Assembly: GCA_032111745.1 (NCBI GenBank) | Contig: JAULUH010000156.1 | Span: 1 to 63,664, forward strand | Source: Anaerolineae bacterium | Lineage (GTDB): Bacteria > Chloroflexota > Anaerolineae > JAAEKA01 | Direction: 5' to 3' | DNA: 63,664 nucleotides | In this document: positions 62,965 through 63,664 of the stretch, piece by piece | Numbering within the stretch: position 1 is the stretch's first letter | Layout: each line of letters begins with the position of its first letter | The notes under the pieces: model-generated | Database searches by the model: none | The model's input: the letters and a program-made list of their open reading frames with translations, nothing else | What the model was told of the DNA's origin: nothing | Made by a program: the position numbers and the translations under genes

Positions 62965-63664
62965 TCAACTCTCCATTTGCGGCGCCGCGCGGCCAGCCCA
63001 GGCTCTGCCGCGCAGATCCTCGGCCGCCAGCATCTCGCGCTGGCTCAGATCATCCAGCACCCGCATCACCAGCCACGAAACAAAGAACTGCAGGCCAATC
63101 AGGAACGCCATGGCACTCAGCAAGTAGTAGAACCACATCCGGTCGGCAGTCCACCCGTTGAGAGCCATCACCAGGCTGATGACGCCGAGGATAAGCCCGG
63201 CTGCCATGCCCAGCAGGCCCATCCACCAGAAGTGCTGGTCCAGGGACGGGTCGAAGATCGGCTTGCCAAAGAGCCCCTGCTTGACTGGCCGCTGGTGAAA
63301 CAGCCCCACCAGGTAGTTGAAGGTCGCGCCCAGGTTGAACAGGCTGACGCCGGTCACCGCCAACACCAGCATGCTGAACAGGGCGTACGCGCCCAGCGGC
63401 CCGATGGTGGTGGTGCCGGTCAGGCGCGCCACCAGGGTAGCCAGGGCGATCAATCCTGCCAGCCCCAGGGCCGCCAGGCCCAGGCCGCCGAAGATGCGCA
63501 CCGGGTTGTAGTTGAGCGAGGTCCAGGTGATGGTCTGCGCATAGCGGGTGCCGTCCTTCACCACGCTCAGCTTGGAGCGGCCCACGCGCTCGCTGTACGG
63601 GATGGGTACTTCCACCATGTGCACATCCTCATGCAGCGCGCGCGTGCTCATGATCGGCGTGAAG
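62965..63664 (-). CDS. GT2 polyprenyl-phosphate sugar synthase-like glycosyltransferase, C-terminal part (CDS runs off right edge)
   Basis: The frame is open to the window edge. MVEVPIPYSERVGRSKLSVVKDGTRYAQTI is the conserved GT2 (DPM1/ArnC/GtrB-like) C-terminal catalytic motif. It is followed by 4 TM helices. Confidence 0.7.
   Translation of the reverse strand, partial: FTPIMSTRALHEDVHMVEVPIPYSERVGRSKLSVVKDGTRYAQTITWTSLNYNPVRIFGGLGLAALGLAGLIALATLVARLTGTTTIGPLGAYALFSMLVLAVTGVSLFNLGATFNYLVGLFHQRPVKQGLFGKPIFDPSLDQHFWWMGLLGMAAGLILGVISLVMALNGWTADRMWFYYLLSAMAFLIGLQFFVSWLVMRVLDDLSQREMLAAEDLRGRAWAGRAAPQMES

Overview
High-GC bacterial window. The lineage is not determinable from sequence alone; several surface-protein motifs look Chloroflexota-like, which is a weak inference. 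About 55 genes are present and all but two lie on the minus strand. Most of the window is one very large, mosaic cell-surface glycan (EPS/O-antigen-like) locus. It encodes a Wzz-type BY tyrosine kinase, a priming polyprenyl-P sugar transferase, 6 intact GT4 genes plus one remnant, and 5 GT2 genes (2 cut by the window edges). It also holds 4 GT-C-type membrane proteins, 2 Wzy/O-antigen-ligase-like proteins, a Wzm/Wzt ABC exporter and an ArnE/F-like small flippase. Sugar-modifying enzymes include an RmlD-like reductase, a DegT aminotransferase, a NeuD/PglD-like acetyltransferase, an epimerase, 2 methyltransferases and a B12-radical SAM enzyme.

The most interesting items are embedded in this locus:
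- A self-contained promoter-PqqD-radical SAM/SPASM-64-aa peptide cassette (25096..26905). It looks like an uncharacterised RiPP or peptide-derived-factor pathway.
- About 5 kb away, an HprK-like kinase plus NTP_transf_5 nucleotidyltransferase pair. It appears co-transcribed with a secreted C25 (gingipain-like) peptidase, a TolB-like membrane protein and the BY-kinase.
- Three secreted proteins with tripartite C-terminal anchor-like tails but no recognisable sortase or exosortase.
- A 1861-aa multidomain glycanase-like giant protein without a signal peptide, behind a consensus promoter and a ~430-nt leader.
- An MNT/HEPN toxin-antitoxin pair flanked by gene remnants.
- A ~5.5-kb export/modification module bracketed by ~117-bp direct repeats.

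No rRNA, tRNA, CRISPR array, transposase or integrase was seen. All family assignments come from motif recognition by eye; no database search was run.
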